Below, piece after piece: positions 50,701-62,752 of a stretch of DNA of 64,000 nt; positions within the stretch are counted from its first letter, which is position 1, and every line of letters starts with the position of its first letter. The notes beneath the pieces are model-generated. The model was not told the origin of the DNA, ran no database searches, and was given only the letters and a program-made list of their open reading frames with translations. The stretch covers positions 17,672,001 through 17,736,000 of the forward strand of contig CM075987.1 in assembly GCA_038087875.1 (NCBI GenBank), given 5' to 3'. This DNA is from Malacoraja senta (taxonomy: Eukaryota). The position numbers were made by a program, and so were the translations under genes.

Positions 50701-51920
50701 AATTTTGTATCCACCAGGAAATAATCTATACGTGAGTATGTTTTGTGTACCATTGAATAAAACGAGTATTCCCTGCCAGTCGGATTAGCAATTCTCCAAA
50801 CATCTGTTATATTGGTATTATTTATATAAGTATTTAAAAGTTCACTAGTTTTAGATTTTGTATTCCCTCTCTGTTTTTGGCTTGATTTGTCTAAATACGG
50901 ATCTAAAACACAGTTAAAGTCTCCTCCTATTATAACATTTTGATAATTAAACTCTGCGATTATGTTCAGAATTTTATTGAAAAAATGAGGGTTGTCAAAG
51001 TTAGGCGCGTATATATTTACCAAGGTAATTGGAGTATCATGAATTTCTCCGGTAACTATCAAATATCTCCCTTCAATGTCTGTTATGGTATTCTTTGCTT
51101 TAAATGGTATACCTTTTCTAATAATGATTGACGTACCTCTAGATTTCAAAGTATATGAAGAATGATATATTTGACCTATCCATTTCGCCCTCAACCTAGC
51201 TTGATCATGGGATTTTAGATGAGTTTCTTGTAAGAAAATGATGTCAGAATTGTACAATTTCAGCTGAGCTAATATCTTACCCCTTTGAATAGGTTCATTA
51301 ATACCTCTTATATTCCAACTGCAGAATGTGACTCCTCCTAGGTTCTTTTGTTTAACATCTTGCATTTTGAATAATTATAATACCTTTAAATCTTAAACCT
51401 AATAATACCTTTAATCCATGTCTCAGGTCTTTGGGTATTGGGGGAACCTTTGCATTACTAAGTTTTGTTGGCATATCCCTTTTACGCTTATCACTAAACA
51501 CAAAACACAAACATGTGACTTTATGTGGTAATAATAATAATTTTTAAAAAATTGAAAAAGTGAAAATACTGTGTCTAAAATGGTCGACACTGTAACAAGT
51601 GGCCCACCTGTAGGTGGGAGAAAACCTTGTTTCGACTTCCATTGTTGATGTTAAACAAATAACTCCGCACCCTTGGTTAATCATAACATAATAGGACGGG
51701 GCCTCACAATCAGATATATGATACAAATTTACCCTATATATTTCATTATAACATATCATATATATATCGCAATTTTATCTGCTAATTATTAAACGAATGA
51801 TTTTACCTTCAATAATAATCAACTGTTGGTTGAAGGGATTAATGAAACGTGCTCCTGGACCTGAGCCAGGTGCTCGTTTCTCATCCCCTCCGCCCAGTTA
51901 TAGATAAGGTTTAGATTTAG
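47775..51920 (-). mobile_element. L1 with APE endonuclease, internally deleted RT, C-terminus and 3'UTR
   Basis: ORF 50463..51365 (SWNIRG, LQETH, GGDFN, SRIDY, SDH), plus ORFs 49455..50063 and 48283..48939. Confidence 0.92.
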
Positions 51921-52767
51921 TAAACTTATGATGAGCGTTTGACAGCTCTGGGCTGAAGTTTAGAAGGATGAGTGGGGTTCTCACTGAAACTTACCAGATA
52001 ACGAAAGGCTTGGATAGAGTGGATGTGGAGAGGATGTTTCCACTAGTGGGGGAGTCAAGGACCAGAGGTTACAGCCTCAGAATAAAAGGACATACCTTTA
52101 GAAAGGAGACGAGGGGGAATTTACTTAGCCAGAGGCTGGTGAATCTGTGGAATTCATTGCCACAGACGGCTGTGGAGGTAAATATATTTGGTACTTATAA
52201 AACGAAAATTTCTAGGTTCTTGATTAGTAAGGGAGTCAAAAGTTATGAGGAGTGAATTGGAGGGCAGCAAGTGTGAGCTGACTGTTTTGGAAAGAGGGAC
52301 AGAGGTAACAAGGGACTCTGGATTGTCAGATGTCAGTGGTAGGGATTATACTGGGATCAACAGTGAAAGATGCAATAACATATCACCTGGACATGAATGG
52401 CAGGGTTGGGCAGAGATTGCATGGATTTATGAAAGGAATACTACATGTGTCTAATCTACCAGAGTTCCCTGGGGATGAGAGACGATGAGGGCAACTGTGG
52501 TAGTGTACACTTACCCAGGGGTAAGGTACCCACACAGTCTGAGAGTCAACTGACGGAAGGCAAAGGTGGGCAGGTTGTGTCTGAATTTTAGTCTGACCTG
52601 TAAACTTGCTAATCTGCCTGCCTATATTTACAACCAAGTCACTTATATATTTCACAAACAGGGAAAATAAGAGGGAGGAGGTGAGGAGGGAGAGTGGGGG
52701 TGGAGGGGGAATAGAGGGAATAAACATCCACCGTCCCACACTCGTCACCTCCTCAAACATGGAGGGT

Positions 52768-53624
52768 TATGTTGATGTTGATGCTGATGTTGATGTTGAT
52801 GCTGATATTGATGTTGATGCTGATGTTGATGTTGATGCTGATGCTGATGTTGATGTTGATGATGCTGATGCTGATGCTGATGTTGATGTTGATGCTGATG
52901 TTGATGCTGATGTTGATGTTGATGTTGATGTTGATGCTGATGTTGATGATGCTGATGTTGATGTTGATGCTGATGCTGATGTTGATGTTGATGTTGATGT
53001 TGATGATGATGTTGATGATGATGATGCTGATGCTGATGTTGATGCTGATGTTGATGATGATGTTGATGATGATGTTGATGCTGATGTTGATGTTGATGTT
53101 GATGTTGATGTTGATGCTGATGTTGATGTTGATGCTGATGTTGATGTTGATGATGCTGATGCTGATGTTGATGCTGATGTTGATGATGATGTTGATGATG
53201 ATGTTGATGCTGATGTTGATGTTGATGATGATGTTGATGCTGATGTTGATGTTGATGTGTTGATGTTGATGTTGATGATGTTTGATATTGATGCTGATGC
53301 TGACGTTGATGCTGATGTTGATGCTGATGTTGATGATGTTGATGTTGATGCTGATGCTGATGCTGATGTTGATGTTGATGTTGACGTTGATGCTGATGAT
53401 GATGATGATGTTGATGATGATGTTGATGCTGATGTTGATGCTGATGCTGATGTTGATGTTGGTGATGCTGATGCTGATGTTGATGTTGATGTTGATGCTG
53501 ATGATGATGTTGACGTTGATGCTGATGATGATGTTGATGATGATGTTGATGATGATGTTGATGCTGATGTTGATGTTGATGTTGATGTTGATGTCGATGT
53601 TGATGTCATGTTGATGCTGATGTT
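52768..53624. repeat. Cryptic trinucleotide repeat (GAT/GTT/GCT)n, ~855 bp
   Basis: Direct reading. It generates the spurious DV/DA, ML, ST and IN ORFs. Confidence 0.97.
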
Positions 53625-53720
53625 GGGAGAGAGCTGGCTGTGGGGGACGTGTAATGGCCGCACTCTCTGGGCCTCTGTGAGTGGTGAAGGTAATGCTAAC
53701 ACTGAACTCTCTCCTCACAG

Positions 53721-53797
53721 GGTTTGTGTTACTACGAGGGGTTTGTCAGAAGCCTGCTGGGTTCTGCCGTGTCTGCCAGCACCTGCTCAGGACTCAG
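53721..53797 (+). CDS. ADAM gene B, exon 5 (prodomain)
   Basis: Acceptor ctctctcctcacag, donor GTACAC, 77 nt, phase 0/2. Encodes GLCYYEGFVRSLLGSAVSASTCSGL, the hallmark CxYxG.V.....S....STCSGL. Confidence 0.95.
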
Positions 53798-53960
53798 GTA
53801 CACATGGCCGGTCGGCGGTGCGGGGGTGCGGAGAGGGGGTGGCTCGCTGGGTAACGTACTGGGCTGTGAGCGCGGGGCCAGGGATGCTCACTGTGCAACT
53901 GCTGGGCGTAACATTGATCAGAGTTTGGGTCAACAGTGAGCATCTTCTCTCCTCTCCCAG

Positions 53961-54134
53961 CGCCCTGATTGTCCTCAGTAACCGGACCTACGTCATCGAG
54001 CATCTGAGGGGATCTGTGAGCGGGCAACATTTGATGTACAGGCCTGAAGATGTGAAGAGGGTGCCGGCTCAGTGTGGAATGAGAAACACATCCCTGCACC
54101 CAACCTGGCCAAGCAACTGCAGCAACTGCACCGG
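53961..54134 (+). CDS. ADAM gene B, exon 6 (prodomain end with cysteine switch), with an apparent 1-nt frameshift near 54092
   Basis: Acceptor cttctctcctctcccag, donor GTGAGT. Encodes ALIVLSNRTYVIEHLRGSVSGQHLMYRPEDVKRVPAQCGMRNTS. Confidence 0.92.
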
Positions 54135-54850
54135 GTGAGTGGACCCCTTCACCAAGCCTTGGGGTGGGCATTCACAAAGGGGGGCAGAGGCTTTGGAGAG
54201 GGTGCACAGGAGGTTTGCCTGAATGAAGCCTGCATTGGAGAGTTTGGATAGAGTTAGATTATTTTCTCTGGAACGCCAGAGGCTGCAGGGAGCTCCGATA
54301 GTATATAAAACTATGAGAGGATTGACAGTCAGAACCTCTTTCCTACGATAGAGAAATCAAATACGTGAGGGGCAATGTGAAAGGAGATGTGCGGGGCAAG
54401 TTGTCTCTACACAGAGGTTAGTGAGTGCCTGGAACATGCTGAAGTGGATATGTTAGTGGCTTTTAAAAGTCTTTTGCATAGGCACATGGATATGCAGGGT
54501 GTGAAGGGACATGGATTATGTGATGGACTTGATATTCTCGGCATTGTTCCTGTACGGTATCGTTCTATTGTCGGGTACACAATGTGACTGGACAGCACAC
54601 AAAGTTTTACATAGTATTTCAGTACGTGTGTCAATATTAAAGCAACATCAAGGTGCTGATATGACGCAAGAAGTGACGGCCAAACATGGTCAAGTGTTCA
54701 TTTGTCCCGTGCACCAGACATGAAAGAGAACAATTAATTCTTGCTTCTTGCAGCTTTACAGGTCTACAACGCTAGGTCAGAATGCAAACATCCATGCCAC
54801 CATGTAGACAACATCCACCACCCATCCTCATCGATCACCTTCGTCACCTC

Positions 54851-55600
54851 GGAAGTGGGGGGGGGGGGTGGGGGTGGTGGGGGGGGGGGGGGGAGGAACA
54901 TGGTTTTAGTCTCTTCCTTCGGGGGATGCGACTTTTTCTTGTCGTGTTTCCCGTCTCCGTCTCCGTCTGCGCTGAGGCCTAATGGCGGAGCAGGCGGCCT
55001 CGGGGCTGTGGCGGCGTTCCGGCGGAGGACCCGACTTCGGAGCTGTGGCGGCGGCCTGACTTCGGAGCTGTGGTGGCGTTCTGGGTTCCGGCGGCGCCGG
55101 CTGCGTGGCTTCGGGGCTGTGCCGGCCGCGGCCCGACTTCGGAGGCTCGGCCGTGGGCCCAGTGGACGACATCGTCGGGAGCTCGCAGGTCACAGGTTGG
55201 TGACCTGTTTTTCCGGAGCTCCCGCAGCAACAGCTTCGTCCGCTGGACTGGAGGGCGGCAGCTTCGGCTGCTTCGACCGCCCCGGGCCGCGGAGTTTGAA
55301 CCGGCCCGTTCGCGGAGCTCGGATTCAGCCGCGGGACTTACTTACCATCACCCGGCGGGGTCACGACATCGGAGGCCTGGATTCGCCTCAGCGCAGAGGG
55401 AGAACAAGGAGGGAAGAGACAAAGACTTTAAGACTTTTGCCTTCCATCACAGTGAGGAGTTGTCTGGTGAACTCACTGTGGTGGATGTTAACTTTGTGTT
55501 TATTGTGTGTTTTTGTTATTTTATTATATGTATGACTGCAAGGCACGAAATTTCGTTCAGACCAAAAGGTCTGAATGACAATAAAGGATACTTTGACTCA
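54851..55600 (+). mobile_element. GC-rich non-coding retroposon inserted in a CR1
   Basis: Tail block TTGCCTTCCATCACAGTGAGGA..CACTGTGGTGGATGTT is shared with 37501-37550. AATAAA near the end. Confidence 0.6.
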
Positions 55601-56025
55601 TCAAAAAACCTCAATAAGACACGAGCTGCCGTGTACAAAGCCACGCTGATTGTCCTTATTTAACCATTCTCTTCCAAATGCTATCTCAAAGTATCCTCTC
55701 CAATAGCTGCCCTGCGACTCACCAGCTCATCAATGCTTGAATTATCTCTACTTGTCTTCTTAAACAAAGGGACAACATTGGCTACATCCTAGCCCTCCCA
55801 AGCCCCCTCCTGTGGCTGGCTACTAATCTTCCTGATTAGTTGCGTGATTCCCCACCTCTTTCCCATCTGAAACACAGAAACCTTGGAAAGTTGAGCTGTT
55901 AGTCGTGTCCCTCTCATAACTTCTACAGATGTACCGTAACGAGGCATATTGATTGGTTGTACACTGGTTGGGCAACTCGCCGCCTCCTGAGTGAAGAAGG
56001 CAGCAAAAAGTGATAAAGTCACCCA

Positions 56026-57305
56026 AAGTCAGCATGGCTTTGTGAAGGGGACGTCTTGCCTGACAAATTTGCTGGAATTCTTTGAAAAACAAAATAGCAG
56101 GACAGACAAAGGAGAGTCAGTAGATGTTGTTTAATTAGATTTTCAAAAAACCTTGATGAGGTGCCATGTGTGAGGCTGCTAAGGAAGATGAGTGCCCACG
56201 GTATCAAAGGGCAGATACTAGCATGGATAGCAGGTTGGCTGGATGGCAGAAGGCAAAGAGTGGCAATAAAGAGGGATTTTTCTGGTTGTGACTAGCGGAG
56301 TTCCGCAGGGGTCGGTGCTGGGGCCACTACTCTTCGCGTTGTATATTAATGATTTGGACGAGGGGATTGAAGGCTTTGTGGCCAAGTTTGCAGATGATAC
56401 GAAATAGGTGGAGGGCAGGTAGTGTAGAGAAAGCAGGGACTCTGCAGAAGGACTTGGACCGGTTGGGAGAGTGGACAGAGAAGTGGCAGATGGAATATAG
56501 TGTAGCAAAGTGTGGAGTCATGCATTTTGGTAGTTGGAATAAAGGTGTCGACTATTTTCTAAATGGGAAGAGAATCCAGAAATCGGAGGCACAAAGGGCC
56601 TTGGGAATGCTGGTGCAGGATTCGAAAAAGTTAATCTGCAATTCGAATCGGTAGTAAAGAAAGCAAACTCAATTCTAGCATTTATTTCAAGAGGGCTTGT
56701 ATACAAAAACAGGAATGTAATGTTGAGGCTCTATAAGGCACCGGACAGGCTGCATTTTGTGAGCAATTTTGGGCACCAAATCTAAGGAGGATGTGCTGGC
56801 TCTGGAGAGGGTCCAGGGGAGGTTTACAAGATTGATCCCAGGAATGAGTGGGTTAACATATGATAAGCGTTTGTCGGCACTGGGCCTGTACTCGCTGGAG
56901 TTTAGAAGAATGAGGGGGGACCTCATTGAAACATACAGAATAGTGAAAGGCTTGGATAGAGTGGATGTGGAGAGGATGTTTCTACTAGTGGGAGAGTCTA
57001 GGACTAGAGGTCACAGCCTCAGAATTAAAGGATGTTCCTTTAGGAAGGCGATGAGGAGGAATTTCTTTACTCAGAGGGTGGTGAATTTGTGGAATTCTTT
57101 GCCACAGAACGTTGTGGAGGCCTTCAATTGATATTTTTACGGCAGAGATAGATAGATTCTTGATCAATACAGGTGTCTGGTGTTATGGGGAGAAGGCAGG
57201 AGAATGAGGTTCGGACAGAGAGATACTGTAGATCAGACATGATTGAACAGCAGAGTAGACTTGATGGGCCAAATGGCCTAATTCTGCTCCTATCACTTGT
57301 GACCT
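56026..57305 (+). mobile_element. CR1 RT to 3' end (same subfamily as 20470-21672)
   Basis: ORFs 56349..56654 and 56769..57131. Confidence 0.85.
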
Positions 57306-57639
57306 TATAACACTGCCCAGTCCATCACGGGCACTGACCTCCCCACCATCGAAGGGATGTTTATAGGAGTCACTGCCTCAAAAAGGCAGCCAGCATCATT
57401 AGAGACCCACAGCACCCTGGCCACACACTCATTTCACTCCTGCCTTGAGGAAGAAGGTACAGGAGTTTGAGAACTGTGACATCCAGGCTCAGGAACAGCT
57501 GCTTCCCTACAGCCATCAGGCTAGTAAACACGATAACCTCAAATAAGCTCCAAACTACATAAACTGGTGGCCTTGTTTGTGTCTTTTAGCACTATTATTG
57601 TTTTTATGTCTACACGTGGATGTATGTGTCTATATATGC

Positions 57640-57691
<52 letters not shown>

Positions 57692-58554
57692 AACTTTTTT
57701 TTCTGGTTTATTATATTGGTTAAAGAGTACTGTGTTTACATATTCTGCTCTGCTGTGCTGTAGGGATTGCATTGTTCTGTCTGGGACATATGACAATAAA
57801 ACACTATTGCCTCTTATCTATATAATGGCCACAATATCATAGTTCCAGGCACTGATCCTGGCTCTAAATTCATCCACTATACCCACGTCCTCATCATCTC
57901 ATTAGGTCCTGAGCCTTCTGTACGTTTTTGTTCATATTGTGAATGTCCCAGACATTGTTGCCCAGTTGATCCCAGACATTGAGCCTCCCTCCTGCTCCAC
58001 CTCAGCCATGCTCCACATTACCACCAGAAACAACTACACATAAGTACAAGAGTGCAACGATTCTAGTGCACACACAGATTCCCTCAGGCAGTTCACAAGG
58101 AGTCGCCATGTTCCCAGCACAATCTTGTACCTTTCAAGTTTCATAGTTCTTAAAAATATTGTCTTATCAAAGGCCTGTTGTTCTGGCGGTGGCTCTGGAT
58201 GCGTCGGTGTTGCAGGGGGCGGCCTTGGCTGGAGATGTTGCCGATATTCTCCGCCCCCACTCCTTGCTGCTGTAGGCCATGTCCGATGCATGTGTTTGCC
58301 TGAGGGGCCTCTAGTGGTGTCTGATCCAGGCAGTCCCCTGGCTTCTGCACGGTATGCAGAGGACCCACTCCACCAACACATCACGCCATCCAGCGGCCCA
58401 CTGCAGCTACCGTTCCACCTCCTTTCTGTGGTCACTTTGAGCAGAAGGCCAACAGGGAGATGACATCCGTCCCATCAGACTTGTCTGCCGCTTCCCAGGG
58501 TCACAGTTGCAGAAGTTAGCTGGGCCTTCCTGACGGTAAACCCATGGAAACAAA

Positions 58555-61225
58555 CTGGCTGGACAGGGTCCCTTGCTACGTCATCAGAAACTGCGCGGAC
58601 CAGCTAGCACCAGTATTCACGGACATCTCTATCGGACTACTCTGCTTTGAGGTGCCCATTTGCTTCAAGACGACCACTATCATCCCAGTGCCAAAGAAAG
58701 CAAGACCTCATGCCTGAATGACTACCGTCCAGTGGCCTTGACATCCACCACCATGAAGTGCTTCCAGGGGCTAGTTATGGAAGACATTAAATCCATTCTC
58801 TCCAGCGGCCTTGGCCCACTGTAGTTCTACCTCCACACCAGGTCCATGGCTGATGCCATCTCCCTGGCCCTGCACTCATCCCTGGAACACCCGGATAAGA
58901 GAGACTCCTATTCATAGACGACAGCTCTGCCTTTAACACCATTATACCATCCAAGCTCATCAGCAAACTAGCTGGACTTGGAGTCAGCACTCATCTCTGT
59001 AACTGGATCCTCGACTTCCTGACCAACAGACCCCAGTCAGTGAGGATAGGGGACAAATCATCCTCTACGATAATCCTCACCACTGGTGCTCCGCAAGGCT
59101 AGGTTCTCAGCCCCCTTCTTTACTCCTTGTACACCTACGACTGTGTAGCCATGTACACATCTAATTCAATTTACAAATTCACAGACGACACCACCATTGT
59201 GGGCCGGGTATCAAATAATGATGAGAAGGAGTACAGGAAGGAGATTGAGAACCTCGTGTCCGGGTGTCGAGACAACAACCTTTCTCTCAACGTCACGAGG
59301 AGGCCATTCGGCCCTTCGAGCCAGCACCGCCATTCAATGTGATCATGGCTGATCATCCACAATCAGTACCCCATTCCTGCCTTCTCCCCATCTCTCCCTG
59401 ACTCCTCTATCTTTAAGAGCCCTATCTAGCTCTCCCTTGAAAGTATCCAGAGAACCGGCCTTCTGAGGCAGAGAATTCCACAGACTCACAACTCTCGGTG
59501 TGAAAAGTGTTTCCTCGTCTCCGTTCTAAATGGCTTACCCCTTATTCTTAAACCGTGGCCACTGGTTCTGGACTCCCCCAACATCGGGAACATGTTTCCT
59601 GCCTCTAGACTGTCCAAACCCTTAATAATCTTATATGATTCAATAAGATCCCCTCTCATCCTTCTTAAGGCCGTGTCTTACCTGTTTGCGGTCATCGGCG
59701 GTGAAGCGCGGTGTAGACGGTAGCTAGGACCGCGCGGCAACGGCGAGAGCGTCGAGGCTATCCACCGGAGCGCCGCACGGATGTTGCGCGGGGGCCGAGT
59801 TAATTCAAACACGGCGGGTCCCACGTGCTTGCGGTAAGTAAAAAAAGGGCGGGCCGACCGCGATGACGTCGGCCCCCCGCACGTGACTCACCAGCGGCGG
59901 CTGTGGCGGCGGCCATCCTGATCGCGGCGCTGTAGCGGTGGCTGTGCCTGCGGCCGCGCAGCACACGTGTCTCACTGGCGGCGGCACGTGCGTCACTGGC
60001 GGAGGCTGTGGCAGAGGAGGTTTGACGCACGGCGCTCGAGCCATACTGGCGGCGGCCCGTGCGAGCGGCCGTGCGCACTTGTGCATCACTGGTGGAGGTT
60101 GTGCGGTGAGTATTTGGTTTTCGACATTGTCGATTTTATTTTTGCACCGCGCGGTGTTGGGAACACCATCGCACGGCCCGGGAATTGTTCTTTCTCACGA
60201 GTGCGCGGTCTATGGCGGCAGATTCTTCCCGTTTCGCCGCCAATGACCGCAGATTCGTGAGACAGACCTTTAAATTCCAGAGTATACAATCCCAGCTGCT
60301 CCATTCTCTCAGCATATGACAGTCCCACCATCCCGGGAATTAACCTTGTGAACCTACGCTGCACTCCCTCAATAGCAAGAATATCCTTCCTCATATTTGG
60401 AGACCAAAACTGCACACAATACTCCAGGTGTGGTCTCACTAGGACCCTGTACACCTGCAGAAGGACCTCTTTGCTCCTATACTCAACTCCTCTTGTTATG
60501 TTAGTAATGGACTTCAGGAAGTGAAGCAGTACACATACCCCAGTATACAATAGTGATAGTTGAAAGCTTCAAGTACCTAAGAGTAAATATCACCAGCAAC
60601 TTGTCCTGGACCAGCCATATCGAAGCAATGGCCAAGAAAGCTCACAATGCCTCTCCTTCCTTAGAAGGCTTCGGAGGTTTGGCATGTCCCCAACAGTTCT
60701 CACCAACTTCTACAAACGTGCTGTAGAAGGCATTTTATCAGGATGCATCACAGGTTGGTTTGGGAACAGCTCCATCCAAGACCGCAAGAAACTGCAGAGA
60801 ATTGTGGACGCAGCCTAGACCATCGCACAAACCAACCTCCCTTCCATTGACTCCATCTACACTTCACGCTGCCTCAGTAAGGCCAGTAACATTATCAAGG
60901 ACCAGTTTCACCCTAGTCACGCCCACTTTTCCTCTCTCCCATCAGGCAAATGGTACAGAAATGTGAAAATGCACACCTCCAGATTCAGGGACAGTTTCTT
61001 TCCAACTATTATCAGGCAACTGAACCGTCCTCTCACCAACTAGAGAGCAGTCCTGTGCTACCAACTACCTCGTTGGAGACCCTTGGACTATCGTTAATTG
61101 GACTTTATCTTTCACTAAATGTTATTCCCTTTATCACGTACCTGTACACCTTGGATGACTTGATTGTAATCATGTCACTTTCCGCTGACTGGTTAGCATG
61201 CAACAAAAAAGCTTTTCACGATAAT
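58555..61225 (+). mobile_element. Rex1/Babar LINE interrupted by a CR1 (59298-60500, minus strand)
   Basis: [28 protein letters not shown] and LYTYDC..FTDDTTIVG motifs occur before the CR1. C-terminal Rex motifs follow it. Confidence 0.8.
59668..60269. mobile_element. GC-rich Harbinger-type MITE within the CR1
   Basis: Imperfect ~40-bp TIRs (AGGCCGTGTCTTAC..TGCGGTCATCGGCGG / CCGCCAATGACCGCA..GTGAGACAGACCT), with TTA on both sides. Confidence 0.7.
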
Positions 61226-61235
61226 TTGGCACATG

Positions 61236-62752
61236 CAAAATCTGATTGAGTTTTTTGAAGGTTGATGAGGGCAGAGCTGTAGGTGTTGTGTACATGGACT
61301 TCAGTAAGGCATTCAATAAGGTTCCGCATAGTAGGCTGATTGTTCAGGAAGGTTAGATCTCATGGGATCCAAGGAGAGAGAGCTGAATGGATAGCAAATT
61401 GGTTCCATGGATGGAAGCAGAGGGTGATGGTGGAAGGTTGCTTCTCAGACTGGAGGCCTGTGACTAGTGGTGTGTCTCAGGGTTCGGTAGTGGGCCCGTT
61501 ACTGTTTGTCATCTACATCAATGATTTGGATGAGAACATACAGGGCAAGATTTGCAAGTTTGCTGATGATACAAAAGTGAGTGGTTTTGCAGATAGTGAA
61601 CGATTGCAGCAGGATCTGGATCGATTGGCCAGGTGGGCGGAGGAATGGTTGATGGAATTTAATACAGAGAAGTGTGAGGTGTTGCATTTTGGGACGTCGA
61701 ACAAAGGCAGGACCTACACAGCGAATGGTAGGCCTCTGGGTAGTGTTGTAGAGCAGAGGGATCTAGGAGTACAGGTGCATGGTTCCTTGAAGGTCGAGTC
61801 GCAGGTAGATAATGTGGTCAAAAAGGCTTTTGGCACTTTGGCCTTCATCTGTCAGTAGAAGTTGGGAGGTCATGTTGCAGTTGTATAAGACGTTGATGAG
61901 ATCGCATTTAGAATATTGTGTTCAGTTCTGGGCACCATGTTATAGGAAAGATATTGTCAAGCTTGAAAGGGTTCAGAAAAGATTTAAAGAGGTTGAGTAG
62001 GGTTGGGTCTCTATTCTCTATCTGAAAAGAGGTTGAGTAGGCTGGGTCTCTATTCCATGGAGCGCAGGAGGATGAGGGGGATCTTATAGAGGTGTATAAA
62101 ATCATGAGAGGAATAGATCGGGTAGATGCACAGAGTCTTTTGCCCAGAGTAGGGGAATTGAGAACCAGAGGACAGGTTCAAGGTGAAGGGGAAAAGATTT
62201 AATATGAATCCGAGGGGTACCTTTTTCACACAAAGGGTGGTGGGTGTATGGAACAAAAAGCTGCCAGAGGAGGTAGTTGAGGCTGGGACTATCCCATCGT
62301 TTAAGAAACAGTTAGACAGGTACATGGATAGGACAGGTTTGGAGGGATATGGACCAAGTGCAGGCAAATGGGACTAGTGTAGCTGGGACATGTTGGCCGG
62401 TGTGGGCAAGTTGGGCTGAAGGGCCTGTTTCCACACTGTATGACTAGTGTAGCTGGGACATTGTTGGCCGGTGTGGGCGAGTTGGGCTGAAGGGCGTGTT
62501 TCCACACTGTATCACTCTGTGACTAGTGTAGCTGGGACATTGTTGGCCGGTGTGGGCGAGTTGGGCTGAAGGGCCTGTTTCCACACTGTATGACTAGTGT
62601 AGCTGGGACATTGTTGGCCGGTGTGGGCGAGTTGGGCTGAAGGGCCTGTTTCCACACTGTATCACTCTGTGACTAGTGTAGCTGGGACATTGTTGGCCGG
62701 TGTGTGCGAATTGGGCTGAAAGGCCTGTTTCCACACTGTATCACTATGACTC
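61236..62752 (+). mobile_element. CR1 RT to 3' end with tandemly amplified tail
   Basis: ORF 61340..61858. Five ~70-79-bp tail copies at 62372-62750. Confidence 0.85.

Noticed and set aside
32362..54134. Assigning a specific symbol such as ADAM9, ADAM12 or ADAM15
   Set aside because: The motifs are shared across the subfamily, so phylogeny and synteny are needed.
52606..54138. 510-aa Asp/Val-rich protein (and the antisense ST- and IN-rich ORFs)
   Set aside because: Simple-repeat artefact. Only the portion from 53961 onward is real coding sequence, bounded by splice sites.
54741..55663. Long GC-rich ORFs or CpG-island promoter (also at 24151-24749, 36921-37470, 59800-60260)
   Set aside because: They lie inside repeated mobile elements inserted into CR1 copies and have no recognisable domains.
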